Virus record (IMG/VR): IMGVR_UViG_3300045988_026856
Location: 1-44,632 of that record
Length of the DNA stretch: 44,632 bases
From: a virus
Taxonomy: Duplodnaviria; Heunggongvirae; Uroviricota; Caudoviricetes
Strand: one strand, 5' to 3'
The position numbers and the translations under genes are program-made. The notes beneath the pieces are model-generated. The model had not been told where the DNA came from. It was given only the letters and a program-made list of their open reading frames with translations, and made no database searches. Shown piece by piece: positions 25,953 through 36,389 of the stretch; the first letter of the stretch is position 1; each line of letters begins with the position of its first letter.

Positions 25953-26038
25953 CATAAACGTCGTGATGTTACGCCCCCTCCATGGTAGCATTGGCTTAAA
26001 GTTATTGCGATGGTATCCAATCTACCGGGGTTTAAATA

Positions 26039-27436
26039 ATGAGCGACTTATACTTTCCACGTAGCCTTAAGCCGGTGGTATCAAAAGGCTACTCAATGAC
26101 CAGACGTAACAACGTCTGGAGTGTAGATTTAGCCGGTGGCGGGGTGCGTCAGGGCCGTGACACATATTACGACGTGTTCCCTGTTAGCGTAACCCTCATT
26201 ACATCCGCAATGGGGCGACAGGCGTTTCTGTCGTTCCTCGAAAAAGTAGACGGCGGTGCGTCAAGTTTCTGGATGGCGCACGACTTCGGCATGGGTATTG
26301 AGGACTACCAGGTAACCATCACGTCAACCATCGCGGAATCCACCGAAGACGGCATTAACTGGACGATTACCTTCACGGCAACCGCCGAGAAATCGCCGTT
26401 CCAGGACCTTGAGAACCAGTGCCTGATTAACAATCTGCCAGATTTGTACGGTTGTTACGGGGATTGTCTGGGTAGTTTCCTGAAAATATACGCGAACTAC
26501 GAAACTACGTTCCCGCGCATCTGGAGCAATGAAGGGCCTGCCGGGTATCCACCGATTAACCTTCTGGCGTCGACTCTTGATAGCCGCATTGTTTACGATG
26601 GGCCACAGGTTTACTACATCAACCGAAATGGCAATCTTGTGCAGTCCGCCGCCAATGAATGGCCTCTTACGTTCATTGATGGTGTTGCGGTCGGGCGTGT
26701 GCCGCCAGAATCCACATCCAGCAATATCCTGATTAAATCGTCGAAATTATCTGACGCATCGTGGGTTAAAACTAGAGCAACAGTGTCGGACGCAGTTGAC
26801 GGATTTCTAAACGGCGGTACGTTCTCACTAGTCCCGACCCAGACAAACGACAGCCATCTCGTATATCAATCGGTGTCTTCCGCTTTTGCGGAGGGTGATG
26901 TATACACTCTCAGTTACGTTGCTAAGGCATATGGTTATAATTATGCGAGACTTCGCGCCGCTGATGATGCTGGGTTTATCGCGGATTGTGTTGCTAACTT
27001 ATCGACAGGGGTTATTTACGCGGGCGCCCCCGGCAGCGATATAGCAGAGCTTGGCGATGGTTGGTATCGATTTACAGAAACGGTAGCTATACGCCAGGGC
27101 GGCGCATCTTCTCTGCTTTTAGCGTCATGGGTGTACAACAACTCCGCCGTTGGTTCATTTGTCGGTGACGGGGTTAGTGGGATATTAGTGTGCGCGATGC
27201 AAATAGAAAAATCACCTTTTGCCACGTCGCCAATAGTAACCGAATCGTCACCGGTAACCCGAACGACGGCATCAGCAAAAGTAACCATGAATGGCGCGAC
27301 AAGCATTGACATTACCTACTCCGACGGCTCCGTGATAAACGTTCCGTCTGTAGATGATTACGCGGCTATCCCTCAAGCGGATTCGGCGTGGGGTAGTAAA
27401 TACATCACTCGTATTGATTTTAATGTGGACGGTTAA
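26039..27436 (+). CDS. minor tail protein, gpM-like N-terminal domain with long C-terminal extension
   Basis: N-terminal about 110 aa resemble lambda gpM (YYDVFPVSVTL...FLSFLEKVDGGASSFWM). Confidence 0.5.
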   Translation: MSDLYFPRSLKPVVSKGYSMTRRNNVWSVDLAGGGVRQGRDTYYDVFPVSVTLITSAMGRQAFLSFLEKVDGGASSFWMAHDFGMGIEDYQVTITSTIAESTEDGINWTITFTATAEKSPFQDLENQCLINNLPDLYGCYGDCLGSFLKIYANYETTFPRIWSNEGPAGYPPINLLASTLDSRIVYDGPQVYYINRNGNLVQSAANEWPLTFIDGVAVGRVPPESTSSNILIKSSKLSDASWVKTRATVSDAVDGFLNGGTFSLVPTQTNDSHLVYQSVSSAFAEGDVYTLSYVAKAYGYNYARLRAADDAGFIADCVANLSTGVIYAGAPGSDIAELGDGWYRFTETVAIRQGGASSLLLASWVYNNSAVGSFVGDGVSGILVCAMQIEKSPFATSPIVTESSPVTRTTASAKVTMNGATSIDITYSDGSVINVPSVDDYAAIPQADSAWGSKYITRIDFNVDG

Positions 27437-27439
27437 TTT

Positions 27440-27955
27440 ATGAGCCAGGAATCTGTAGAAGCCGCCTATCGCCGTAAGCTGGCCTCAAACCCCGACGGCG
27501 AGATGGACTACATCACGTTGCAAATCAGCCACCCGTTGCTGTCAAAGACGTACTATCTTGTGCGCGGGCTACAGGAACTTACGGCAACACTGGAGACAGG
27601 CGAAACAATAACATTCGAGCCAACCCCGATGGAGGCGTCGGGAGCGGCTAACAACAGTGATATGGACCAGACTACGACGTTTACTTTACCGGATATCCTC
27701 AATCAACTGGATGATGAGATGGATAAAATCCCGATGAGCAATACTGAGTTGCCTAAGTTCGTCTTCCGTCGTTATGTCAGCACCGACCTGTCTTACCCGG
27801 CTGACGGCCCTGTCGTGTACGAGTTACAGGCCATCAACCAGGAGAAGGGCGAGTTCTCCGCGGATGTCGGTACACCTATGCTGAACCAACGAAGCACTGG
27901 TATACTGATGACACCTAAAGAGATACCGTTATTACGCGGCCTGTTGACAACATGA
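27440..27955 (+). CDS. minor tail protein (171 aa)
   Basis: Position between gpM-like and gpK-like genes. Confidence 0.45.
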   Translation: MSQESVEAAYRRKLASNPDGEMDYITLQISHPLLSKTYYLVRGLQELTATLETGETITFEPTPMEASGAANNSDMDQTTTFTLPDILNQLDDEMDKIPMSNTELPKFVFRRYVSTDLSYPADGPVVYELQAINQEKGEFSADVGTPMLNQRSTGILMTPKEIPLLRGLLTT

Positions 27956-28317
27956 ATATTAACGACTACACGGGCATACCTTACGACTTTCGCAAGCGCA
28001 ATTGCTGGCATCATGTGCGAATTGTGCGGGCGGATGCCGGGTTAGAAACCCCGGCGTTCGACGTCACAAGCCCAACGGCAATTAATGAAGCGTTCGACGA
28101 AGGACATCGCAACACGAAGGGGCTTACGAAAATAGATAAGCCTGAAAACTTCTGTGCGGTGCTTATGGGGTATCGCCGTGGTGGTCGTATCGTGTGGCAC
28201 GCAGGAGTTTACTTCGACGGGATGGTTAGCCATTGCGAGCTTGCTTCTCGTCAGGTACGGCTTGACAGGCTGGCGGACCTCAGAGACACGTACACGGAGA
28301 TTGAATTTTGGCGATAA
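27952..28317 (+). CDS. NlpC/P60-family tail assembly protein (gpK-like)
   Basis: NCWHHVRIV ... HAGVYFDGMVSHCE Cys/His arrangement. Confidence 0.6.
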   Translation: MNINDYTGIPYDFRKRNCWHHVRIVRADAGLETPAFDVTSPTAINEAFDEGHRNTKGLTKIDKPENFCAVLMGYRRGGRIVWHAGVYFDGMVSHCELASRQVRLDRLADLRDTYTEIEFWR

Positions 28318-30863
28318 TCCTGCACTACACGCGAAACGCTGATGGCGCTTTCGACCGTACAAAACACGTCGGGATGCCGATGGAGTTTGTCGTTAACCGT
28401 ATCCCGGACGGCGTGCCGGTGCGCGTCTACCTCGGCGAAATTGGTGATGATACCGACGTAACTGACGACTTCGACGCACTCAAAGACGAAGACGCCGTGT
28501 ACCACATTATAGAGGGTGCTGGTAGCGGGGCGCTTGGTGCCGTTAGTAAGGTGTTTGGTTTTATCCTTAAGCCAATCGCTAAGTTGTTTGGTCTGAACAT
28601 GTCCGCAAACGCCAACTATACGGCGACTAACAACCAGACAACATCACCAAATAACAGCCTCGCAGACCGCTCAAACAAACCACGCCCTTACGAGCGCTCC
28701 TATGACATCTGCGGGACCGTGCAGACGATCCCTAATGACCTGATGCAGACGTATAAGGCGTTCAACTCCACTGGTGCTTTGCTGGAATATTCGTACTATG
28801 ACGCAGGGCGCGGACATCTGCATATTGAGGCTGATGGCGTCACAGAGGGCGACACCCTGATAAGCGACATCACAGGTTCCTCTGTTGCCATATATGCACC
28901 GTATACGTCACCGAACAACACCACATCGCCGCAACTACAAATCGGCGACGTCATTGACCAGAAACTCTATGCGACATACTCCAACGACGACGTTGACGGT
29001 ATTGTACTGAAAGCACCAAACGACATCGGGGCCAACCCAAGCTCCGGTGGAACCGCCAAACGTATTTCGACCACCGGCTACCTATATGACCCGTCGGGTG
29101 ATTCTGCTTTTTCTGAGTTTCTTAGTGTTGGTGATGTCGCAGTGTTGAGCAATTTCGACGTTAAGGACGTCACTAACCTAAACGGCTCGTTTGAAGTTTT
29201 ATACGTCGACGACTTTGAGGTTCGGTTGTACGTCGGGGATATAGGTAACTGGGGCAATCTTAATAACGGAGAGACTTACGCACTTACAGAGCGTTCTGAC
29301 ACGTTTATCGCCCCGAGCAACACCTATGACGTATCTCTTACGGACTGGTATTACATGGTGCGCGGAGAGGTTGACCGGGTGCTTGCTAACGTTGCCGGGC
29401 AGAACGGCCTCTACAAATACGACGGGGGCTATAACCGCACCAGTGTAACGGTGGAACTCCAGTACCAGATGATTGACTCCCAACGCAACCCTTTGAGCGA
29501 CATTTACACGGTACAGGCTACAATTACAGGCAACAGTACGGATTACGTCGGTACGTCTATCTACGGGCAGTTGCCGACCGCGTCTCGTTTCCGCGCCCGC
29601 ATGCGCCGTATAACTAATTTCGACAAGGACTACGACGGTACAGTAAGCGACGAGATAACGTTCATCAACCTGTACGGTCAGTCACTGGACACTACCCCGC
29701 ACTACGGCAACCGAACTACAGTACATTGCACCCGTAAACAGACACCACGCGCCGCCAGTATCGATAACCCTGAACTGCGCATGATTGCTACAGAGATGTG
29801 CTACAAATACCTCGGCAATGGGGTATTCGATACAGTAATGTCGCCAAACACTCAGGCCGTGCAGTCGCTAATCAGACTGGCTCGCGACCCGGCGGTGGGC
29901 AATCTGGAACTGACAACGGCAAACATGGATAAGTTGCTTGCCGTGCAGGAAGAAATTGAGTCCTATTTTGGCAGTGAATTAGCCGGACAATTCTGCTACA
30001 CGTTCGACGACTACGATACCACGATGCAGGACATAGTTCAGACCATAGCGGAAGCCGTATTCTGTACTGCGTACCGCAAAGGTGCAGATATTATGCTGCG
30101 ATTCGACCGTCCGGTTGCGGGGCCTGAAATGGTGTTCACCCACCGCAGTAAGACGACCGGTACGGAGAAATGGACACGCACGTTCAATGATTCGACAACC
30201 TACGATAGCTTGTCGTTCTCGTACATCGACCCGGATACTAACGTACAGGAAACGATTTATATCCCGGAAGAACTCGGCGCAAACACCGAGGAATACGAAT
30301 CGAAGGGCGTACGTAACTATCAGCAGGCGTATTGGCTGGCGTGGCGGCGCTACCAACGCAATGCGTTAAGTAAAGTTGTCGTAGAGTTCGAAGCTACCGA
30401 AGAAGGCGCTCTAGCTACTCCCGGCGGCGTAATCAGCGTGGTTAAAGGCTCCCGCATCGCGCCGCAGGATGGTTATGTTGTCGCCGTTAATGGGCTTGCG
30501 CTTACGCTGTCGCAGCCGGTTACGTTTACTCCAGGGGATGACCACTCCATCATTCTTAAGAAGCGAGACGGTTCGGTGCAGAGTATCTCTGTTATCAAAG
30601 GAAGCCATGACCGCGAGGTGATTATGCTCTCTGCGCCGGAGGAAGCCATCTACACAGGGAATAGTGCGCTAAAAACTGAGTTTTCATTCGGCAACGAAGC
30701 AAGGCATAATGCTCAGAAGATAGTTGTTTCTTCAATCGACCCCGGCGACGACCGCACGGTCAAGATTACTGGCTACAACTATGACGACGGATTCTATAAA
30801 TACGACGGCGTCGCGCCATACGGCAGCGGTTTCTCCGACGGATTCAGCAATGGTTTTAATTAA
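28308..30863 (+). CDS. tail tip / host-specificity protein (gpJ-like), 851 aa
   Basis: Large protein after M/L/K-like genes. Confidence 0.5.
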   Translation: MAIILHYTRNADGAFDRTKHVGMPMEFVVNRIPDGVPVRVYLGEIGDDTDVTDDFDALKDEDAVYHIIEGAGSGALGAVSKVFGFILKPIAKLFGLNMSANANYTATNNQTTSPNNSLADRSNKPRPYERSYDICGTVQTIPNDLMQTYKAFNSTGALLEYSYYDAGRGHLHIEADGVTEGDTLISDITGSSVAIYAPYTSPNNTTSPQLQIGDVIDQKLYATYSNDDVDGIVLKAPNDIGANPSSGGTAKRISTTGYLYDPSGDSAFSEFLSVGDVAVLSNFDVKDVTNLNGSFEVLYVDDFEVRLYVGDIGNWGNLNNGETYALTERSDTFIAPSNTYDVSLTDWYYMVRGEVDRVLANVAGQNGLYKYDGGYNRTSVTVELQYQMIDSQRNPLSDIYTVQATITGNSTDYVGTSIYGQLPTASRFRARMRRITNFDKDYDGTVSDEITFINLYGQSLDTTPHYGNRTTVHCTRKQTPRAASIDNPELRMIATEMCYKYLGNGVFDTVMSPNTQAVQSLIRLARDPAVGNLELTTANMDKLLAVQEEIESYFGSELAGQFCYTFDDYDTTMQDIVQTIAEAVFCTAYRKGADIMLRFDRPVAGPEMVFTHRSKTTGTEKWTRTFNDSTTYDSLSFSYIDPDTNVQETIYIPEELGANTEEYESKGVRNYQQAYWLAWRRYQRNALSKVVVEFEATEEGALATPGGVISVVKGSRIAPQDGYVVAVNGLALTLSQPVTFTPGDDHSIILKKRDGSVQSISVIKGSHDREVIMLSAPEEAIYTGNSALKTEFSFGNEARHNAQKIVVSSIDPGDDRTVKITGYNYDDGFYKYDGVAPYGSGFSDGFSNGFN

Positions 30864-30875
30864 CGAGGACTCTAT

Positions 30876-33113
30876 ATGTCAAGCGGATGCGGTGACGTTT
30901 TAAGCCTGGCGGATTTACAAACCGCCAAGAAACACCAGATTTTCGAAGCTGAGGTTATCACCGGTAAATCCGGCGGTGTTGCTACGGGTGCTGATATCGA
31001 TTACGCGACAAATCAGGTTACTGGGCAGACACAGAAGACGTTACCCGCCGTGTTGCGTGATGCTGGTTTTTCTCCTGTATCGTGGGATTTCTCCTCTGGC
31101 GGCACGCTAACCGTTAACGACCGGGACAAAGTTGTCTATGACCCTGTAAGTAAAGCATGGTACTCGTACGGGGGCGCACTGCCAGTTACGGTTCCTGCTG
31201 GTTTTAGCCCAGTCGGAAACGCGGATTGGGCGCCGCAGACAGACCCTGACTTAAGGGCGGAGTTATCCATCATTGAAAACATAGCTGAGCTTATGTCTAA
31301 AACGCCAAACCCAGAACTCACGTACACCGTGAAAGGCTATGCCCCCGGTACCACTTTCGGCGGGGGCATTTTCTACTGGGACGCCACCCTCCCTAAGTCA
31401 CAACACAACGGCATCACTGTATTTAGTCCAACGGTGCCATGGGACGGGACCTACACCACTCTCGCGACCTTCTTAGCTGGCACAGGGGAAACCACCCCAT
31501 CCGGCAGCGGATGCTGGGTCCGTATGCAGAACAGCCGCGACATGCTCGTTTCTTGGGGCGGCGTTGACATCACAGGGACGAACGTTGCGGACGCCGCTGT
31601 AACCGCTGTTATTAAGTATGCTAATACGGTCAAGCGTTCTGTTAGATTTGACTCTGGTGCAAATATTAAATGGGGCTTCTCTACCCTTGTCCAGCACTTT
31701 GACAAGTTTAATCTTAATGTGCAATGTTCTGTTGTTCTGGAGAATATCAGCGGGATTAAGGTTTACGCGGAGAATGACGTTGAGTTCAACACTGACCACC
31801 CTACTTATGCGGAGCGTGTTGTCTTTCGCCTTAAAAACTGTAGCGAAGTGGAATTCTCTGGATTCAACTTCAACTCCAATTTCGCCGACTATTCGACGAC
31901 GACATCGGACACTACGTACAAGCCCCAAGAATGGTGGCAGGGCTTCACAGCCGAAGGTTGTTCTAATCTAGAAATCACTAAGCATCACGTTAATGCGTGC
32001 CAAGTATTTGTAAGGGCTGATTGTACAAACTTAGCAGCAAACCTTCATAACATAGATATTCATGTTACAGATAACATGTTTAAGTATGTAACGAATTACT
32101 GCGTTATTTCCAGAAACATAAATCTGGTTGAATTCAGCCGCAACAAGGTTTCATTTAATGGGCGTAACTGGCACACATTCGGAGAGGCGTTCGCCCCTAC
32201 GACAGGCTCCCTTAATATAATTGCCAAAGATAACATTTTTACTAACCAAATTGCGCAGCAGTCGTGTATTACGCTAACTCTGGGCGCTTTATCTGTAACT
32301 ATTCAGGGTAACTATTGCCGCCGGCAGTATGGTATTTTTGTTGAACTCGGTAGTTCAAGCAATGTGTTAATTTCTGGTAATACATCGATAAGTACCGGTG
32401 AGCGCGCTGATACAACACACATTCTTTTGACTGGGGCGGTAGATGGCAATCCGGCAGGTGGGCTTTCAAACGTAAACATTACCGCAAACTATTTTCAAGG
32501 CGGTGGTTTTGCCATTCAAGAATACAATACCGGAAACGCATTGCGCACTGGGTTCAGTATAACTAATAATCATATGATTGACTGCAAATTACCAGCCATC
32601 ACTAACCAATCTTACATTGGTGTTGTAGTTCGCGGTAACTATATGGAAGCACCCACTAACTTTCCTGATTTAGCTATCGCAGGACAGAGGCCTGTTATAG
32701 ACGGTAACATGTTTGTTGGTGTTAGGGTGCGTGCAAGAGATTTAGGGTATAGCGTAATAGCTCCTAAGGTAACCAACAATGTATGGAGAGCAAACTCCCT
32801 GGGGGAATCATATCCAGCACTTATCGACTATACCGAATTCACCGCATTAGTGGCGGATGGCAACGACTCAACAGCAGCGGCGTACACGGACTTCATTGTC
32901 CACCCTTCAAATTGTAATAATGTAGGGTTCCGCAAGGTAGGACCAACTGAAGGGTTTACTGTCAGTCCTACCGCAAGATTCGCGGCAAAACTAACTGATG
33001 CCAGGGTAGGTGATTTCGTGGCTAATGCGTCTCCTACCGCATCTGGTGCTTATGCGTGGGTATGCGTTAACCAATCAACAAAAGCGTTCAGTTCTATCGC
33101 ATTGAGCGCATAA
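30876..33113 (+). CDS. tailspike / tail fibre with right-handed beta-helix (probable depolymerase)
   Basis: 745 aa; repetitive N/G/T-rich beta-helix-like segments; last gene of the tail module. Confidence 0.6.
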   Translation: MSSGCGDVLSLADLQTAKKHQIFEAEVITGKSGGVATGADIDYATNQVTGQTQKTLPAVLRDAGFSPVSWDFSSGGTLTVNDRDKVVYDPVSKAWYSYGGALPVTVPAGFSPVGNADWAPQTDPDLRAELSIIENIAELMSKTPNPELTYTVKGYAPGTTFGGGIFYWDATLPKSQHNGITVFSPTVPWDGTYTTLATFLAGTGETTPSGSGCWVRMQNSRDMLVSWGGVDITGTNVADAAVTAVIKYANTVKRSVRFDSGANIKWGFSTLVQHFDKFNLNVQCSVVLENISGIKVYAENDVEFNTDHPTYAERVVFRLKNCSEVEFSGFNFNSNFADYSTTTSDTTYKPQEWWQGFTAEGCSNLEITKHHVNACQVFVRADCTNLAANLHNIDIHVTDNMFKYVTNYCVISRNINLVEFSRNKVSFNGRNWHTFGEAFAPTTGSLNIIAKDNIFTNQIAQQSCITLTLGALSVTIQGNYCRRQYGIFVELGSSSNVLISGNTSISTGERADTTHILLTGAVDGNPAGGLSNVNITANYFQGGGFAIQEYNTGNALRTGFSITNNHMIDCKLPAITNQSYIGVVVRGNYMEAPTNFPDLAIAGQRPVIDGNMFVGVRVRARDLGYSVIAPKVTNNVWRANSLGESYPALIDYTEFTALVADGNDSTAAAYTDFIVHPSNCNNVGFRKVGPTEGFTVSPTARFAAKLTDARVGDFVANASPTASGAYAWVCVNQSTKAFSSIALSA

Positions 33114-33141
33114 AACTAAGGCCCCAAACGGGGCCTTTTCT
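33114..33141. terminator. bidirectional terminator (AAGGCCCC-AAAC-GGGGCCTT + TTCTC)
   Basis: 8-bp stem between convergent modules. Confidence 0.65.
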
Positions 33142-33142
33142 C

Positions 33143-33279
33143 TACTCTTCTGATAACTTCTCCAGTACAAACGCCAGTTGCGCATTAGCAGCGTCTCTCT
33201 GCTGCCGTAGTCGTAGAACCTCTTCCTCGAGTTCCTTGATACGTTTTTGCAATGCTGGAATTGGGGCTATGATGTTCAT
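33143..33279 (-). CDS. small coiled-coil protein (45 aa)
   Basis: ATG overlapping upstream stop (ATGA); below ORF-track cutoff. Confidence 0.3.
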
Positions 33280-33461
33280 TTATTACCTTCGCTTTTCTTA
33301 AAACTGCGCTTTATATCCGGCAGCGTGTAGCATCGCGACTTTTCGTATTTACCGTCCGCGCTTACCAAAACAAAGCTGTTGCCGTCTTTTGATATGTACT
33401 CGATGGTGAAAGTATTGAATGAATGTACACTGTATATTTCATCGCCAACATTAAGTTTCAT
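33276..33461 (-). CDS. hypothetical protein (61 aa)
   Basis: ORF track; coupled to helicase gene. Confidence 0.45.
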   Translation of the reverse strand: MKLNVGDEIYSVHSFNTFTIEYISKDGNSFVLVSADGKYEKSRCYTLPDIKRSFKKSEGNK

Positions 33462-34882
33462 TTCTTACCTCGTCTCTTCATGTAATTAAGCAATTCTTCC
33501 TGGACCGATTTCTTCTCGTCAGTACGCGCGGCAACAACCTCGTCCAGCGTGTCTTTAGCAACGATGTGGTAAAGGAATACCGGGCGCTCGTGTCCCGCCT
33601 GTTTCTGGCGTACCGGGCCTATACGCTCAACGACCTGCAAATAGTGCTCAAGGTTCCAGCCTTGTGAAATAAACGCCAGATGATGCCCACCGTCCTGTAA
33701 ATTGAGGCCGTGGCCCGCTGACGCCGGATGTACGCATAAGATTTCGATTTCACCGCGGTTCCACGCTTCCATCTGCTTATTGCCCTTAGCACCTTTTGCA
33801 AACGCCTGGGCTTGAGGGAATCGCTTAAGGATACGTTCCAGTTCGTGCTTGAACTGATAGGCGACCAGTAGCGGTGCGCCCTGTAACTCCTCGACAATGG
33901 ACTCAAGCGCATCCAGTTTCGTATCGTGCACTTTCTCCCAGTCTTTGGTTGCTTCTCCGTCCGGCCCCGACACATACACGGCACCAGATGCAATCTGCAA
34001 ACACTTCGACGTCTTCGCCGCTGCGTTAGCTGCTTCAACTTCTCCGCTCTCCAGTTCTGCAAATAGCTTCTCCTCCATATCTATGTACGCCTGACGCGCT
34101 TTCTTCGGCAGGTCGATTTCAACCGGTACGATAATCGGCGCTTCACAACCGAACCACTCAGCGGCGTCAATCGTGAGACTAATGTCCTTCATCTTCTGGT
34201 GAATCTCAGTATCCGCGCCCGGGCGGGCGTGATACTCTCGTGCCATAGCGGACTTACCCTTCTGTACCGAATTAAACCAGCGGTCGGTGAACGCGGTGTA
34301 TGAAGAACCCAGGCGCTCGCCAGCGTCGATAAACCAGTTCTGGCCCCACAGGTCTTTGAGGCCATTTGGTGATGGCGTACCGGTAAGGTTGATGAAACGC
34401 TTAACCTTACCGAATGCCACTTTACTAAGCGCCTTTGCCCGCTTGCTGCCACCTGAACGGCTACGGAAAGATTTCAGTTTCGTGCTTTCATCGGCAACAA
34501 TAACCGTAAAAGGCCAGTCGTCTTTGCCGTAGTAGTCAATCAGCCACTCGATAACTTCGTAGTTAGTGCACACCACGTTAGCATCTGACTCCAGCGCCGC
34601 GATGCGGCGCTTCTCTGAACCGGTCGCATCTACGACACGCAGACACGGGAAACCCCACTTAGTTTGTTCTGAGGGCCATGTGCCGGACGCAACACGTAAA
34701 GGGGCCAGAATTAACACTCTGTCGCCGTCGTTAAGCTGACCATTACGGAACAGCCTGTTCAACGCCCACAGTACGCTGCCAGTCTTCCCGGCGCCCATGC
34801 TTGCCCAAATATTACAGCGAGGGTGCTGCAACATGAACGAAGTCATGAGCTTTTGGTACTCGCGCCTTTGGAACCTACTCAT
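33458..34882 (-). CDS. SF2 (SNF2/DEAD-like) helicase
   Basis: Walker A GAGKTG and DEST box (VIVADESTKLK). Confidence 0.8.
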   Translation of the reverse strand: MSRFQRREYQKLMTSFMLQHPRCNIWASMGAGKTGSVLWALNRLFRNGQLNDGDRVLILAPLRVASGTWPSEQTKWGFPCLRVVDATGSEKRRIAALESDANVVCTNYEVIEWLIDYYGKDDWPFTVIVADESTKLKSFRSRSGGSKRAKALSKVAFGKVKRFINLTGTPSPNGLKDLWGQNWFIDAGERLGSSYTAFTDRWFNSVQKGKSAMAREYHARPGADTEIHQKMKDISLTIDAAEWFGCEAPIIVPVEIDLPKKARQAYIDMEEKLFAELESGEVEAANAAAKTSKCLQIASGAVYVSGPDGEATKDWEKVHDTKLDALESIVEELQGAPLLVAYQFKHELERILKRFPQAQAFAKGAKGNKQMEAWNRGEIEILCVHPASAGHGLNLQDGGHHLAFISQGWNLEHYLQVVERIGPVRQKQAGHERPVFLYHIVAKDTLDEVVAARTDEKKSVQEELLNYMKRRGKK

Positions 34883-35669
34883 TTACCGCCCCCATGAATG
34901 CCTTTATAAATTCAGCGGCTACTTGCGGGACGATGGCATTGCCGTAACCGCGCAATCGTCCCACTCTGGCGGGTACCCCATTAGCCAGCGGGAATGTGCT
35001 GGGTTCAACTGGCCTGAATTTCCCATCCCGGCATCCGAGCCAGTCAGCATCTGACCAGAACCCGTTAGGCGGATTGGCTGTGCCAGAGATGCCTCTGTTT
35101 GCAGATTGTGGCCCCCGTTCCTGCCCTGATGGCCTGCTCCCGCCGAGTTGTTCGCACACGGTGTTGGCCAGTTGCTGCGCTCCGAAGAACAATCGATTCC
35201 TTTTGTGCGGTGCGCCGACGCTACAAGCTGGGAGTACGGCAAACCCGACGGCGTAGTCTTCTCTTTCCAGGTGAGTTTGTAAATCGCACATCCACGATTT
35301 TGCAATTGCTGCCGCAACCTGCTCCCCAAAGATAACTGGAGGGCGGCACTCGCTGATGAGGTCGAGGAACACAGGTGCGAGGTGTCTCTGGTCGAACTGT
35401 CCGAGTTGCTTTCCTGCCGTGCTAAACGGTTGGCAAGGCGGGCTTCCCGTCCAGAGAGGCGCATCTTCCGGAACTCCAGCAAGTCTGAGCGCGAGAGGCC
35501 AGCCGCCGATACCAGCGAAAAAATGACACTGGGTGAACCCGTCAAGGTCTTCTGGTCTAACTTCGGTAATGCTTCTTTCATCTACAACTCCAAAAGGTAT
35601 GTGACCCTGTTTTATTAATTCACGCAGCCACGCGGCTGCGCCTTTATCCCATTCGTTGTAATAGTTCAT
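34875..35669 (-). CDS. DNA (cytosine-5)-methyltransferase, orphan
   Basis: Motif I FAGIGG, motif IV PCQPFS, HKRNR, C-terminal GNAIVPQV; no restriction partner nearby. Confidence 0.8.
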   Translation of the reverse strand: MNYYNEWDKGAAAWLRELIKQGHIPFGVVDERSITEVRPEDLDGFTQCHFFAGIGGWPLALRLAGVPEDAPLWTGSPPCQPFSTAGKQLGQFDQRHLAPVFLDLISECRPPVIFGEQVAAAIAKSWMCDLQTHLEREDYAVGFAVLPACSVGAPHKRNRLFFGAQQLANTVCEQLGGSRPSGQERGPQSANRGISGTANPPNGFWSDADWLGCRDGKFRPVEPSTFPLANGVPARVGRLRGYGNAIVPQVAAEFIKAFMGAVNE

Positions 35670-35857
35670 TTTGCCACCAGAACTAACTCTTTACGCCCGA
35701 ACGCTGTAACATTGCCTGTTACATCTTCGATGACCAGTTTACCGTTCGACTCGACGAACACCGTATCAACGGCAACAGGACGACGGGTCTTAACGCTGAA
35801 AATCATGTCGCCCGGTACGATGTCACGTGCTGGCTTGCGGTCATATTCGTGTTTCAT
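35666..35857 (-). CDS. hypothetical protein (63 aa)
   Basis: ORF track; ATGA-coupled. Confidence 0.45.
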   Translation of the reverse strand: MKHEYDRKPARDIVPGDMIFSVKTRRPVAVDTVFVESNGKLVIEDVTGNVTAFGRKELVLVAK

Positions 35858-35887
35858 TTCTCAATTCCTTATATTGTTGGTGTGTGA

Positions 35888-36175
35888 TTAACTATAATAG
35901 CTCGCTATTAGGTCGTCAACCTGTTTAAACGAACCAACGACAAAAACATTTGCACCACGTTTGCTCATCCGCTCGTGCTCTCGTAGCTGATGCGGGTCTG
36001 GCTTCGTGTTTTCGTCTTTCTTAACCTCGACAAACCAGACTATGCCGCCTGGGAGAATTACCAGCAGGTCAGGAGCGCCCGCTCTATTTTCGTAGGAAAG
36101 TTTACGAACGAGGCCGCCAATGGCCTCGAATTGCTCTTTTGCGTATTTCTGCACACGCCCCTCAGGCGTACTCAT
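35888..36175 (-). CDS. VRR-NUC domain nuclease
   Basis: GAPDLLVILPGGIVWFVEVKK...Q motif. Confidence 0.7.
   Translation of the reverse strand: MSTPEGRVQKYAKEQFEAIGGLVRKLSYENRAGAPDLLVILPGGIVWFVEVKKDENTKPDPHQLREHERMSKRGANVFVVGSFKQVDDLIASYYS
35891..35919 (-). promoter_or_regulatory. promoter TTGACG-N17-TATAGT with AATAG-N4-CTATT in spacer
   Basis: Same family as 39845..39873 and 42178..42206. Confidence 0.45.
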
Positions 36176-36256
36176 CTACGCACCCCTCACGTTTCGTATG
36201 CTCAATCCCGCAGCGCGGACAGATTCGGCAGTCTTCTTCGTAGAACCAGTAAATTT

Positions 36257-36388
36257 TCATTCCGGCACCCACAGATAAATTGCGATGAACATACCCAATA
36301 CGGCTACCATCATGCCGTATTGCCCCTCGTGACAGTAGACACCGGCGGCGAATCCCGCCAGTACCGCGATACTTAGTTTACTTAGCAT
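36257..36388 (-). CDS. small membrane protein (43 aa)
   Basis: ATG after GGAGG RBS; hydrophobic. Confidence 0.35.
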   Translation of the reverse strand: MLSKLSIAVLAGFAAGVYCHEGQYGMMVAVLGMFIAIYLWVPE

Positions 36389-36389
36389 T

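Noticed and set aside
34919-35581. 220-aa minus-strand ORF in an alternative frame
   Set aside because: Lies wholly inside the C5-methyltransferase gene on the same strand; the methyltransferase frame carries the conserved motifs.
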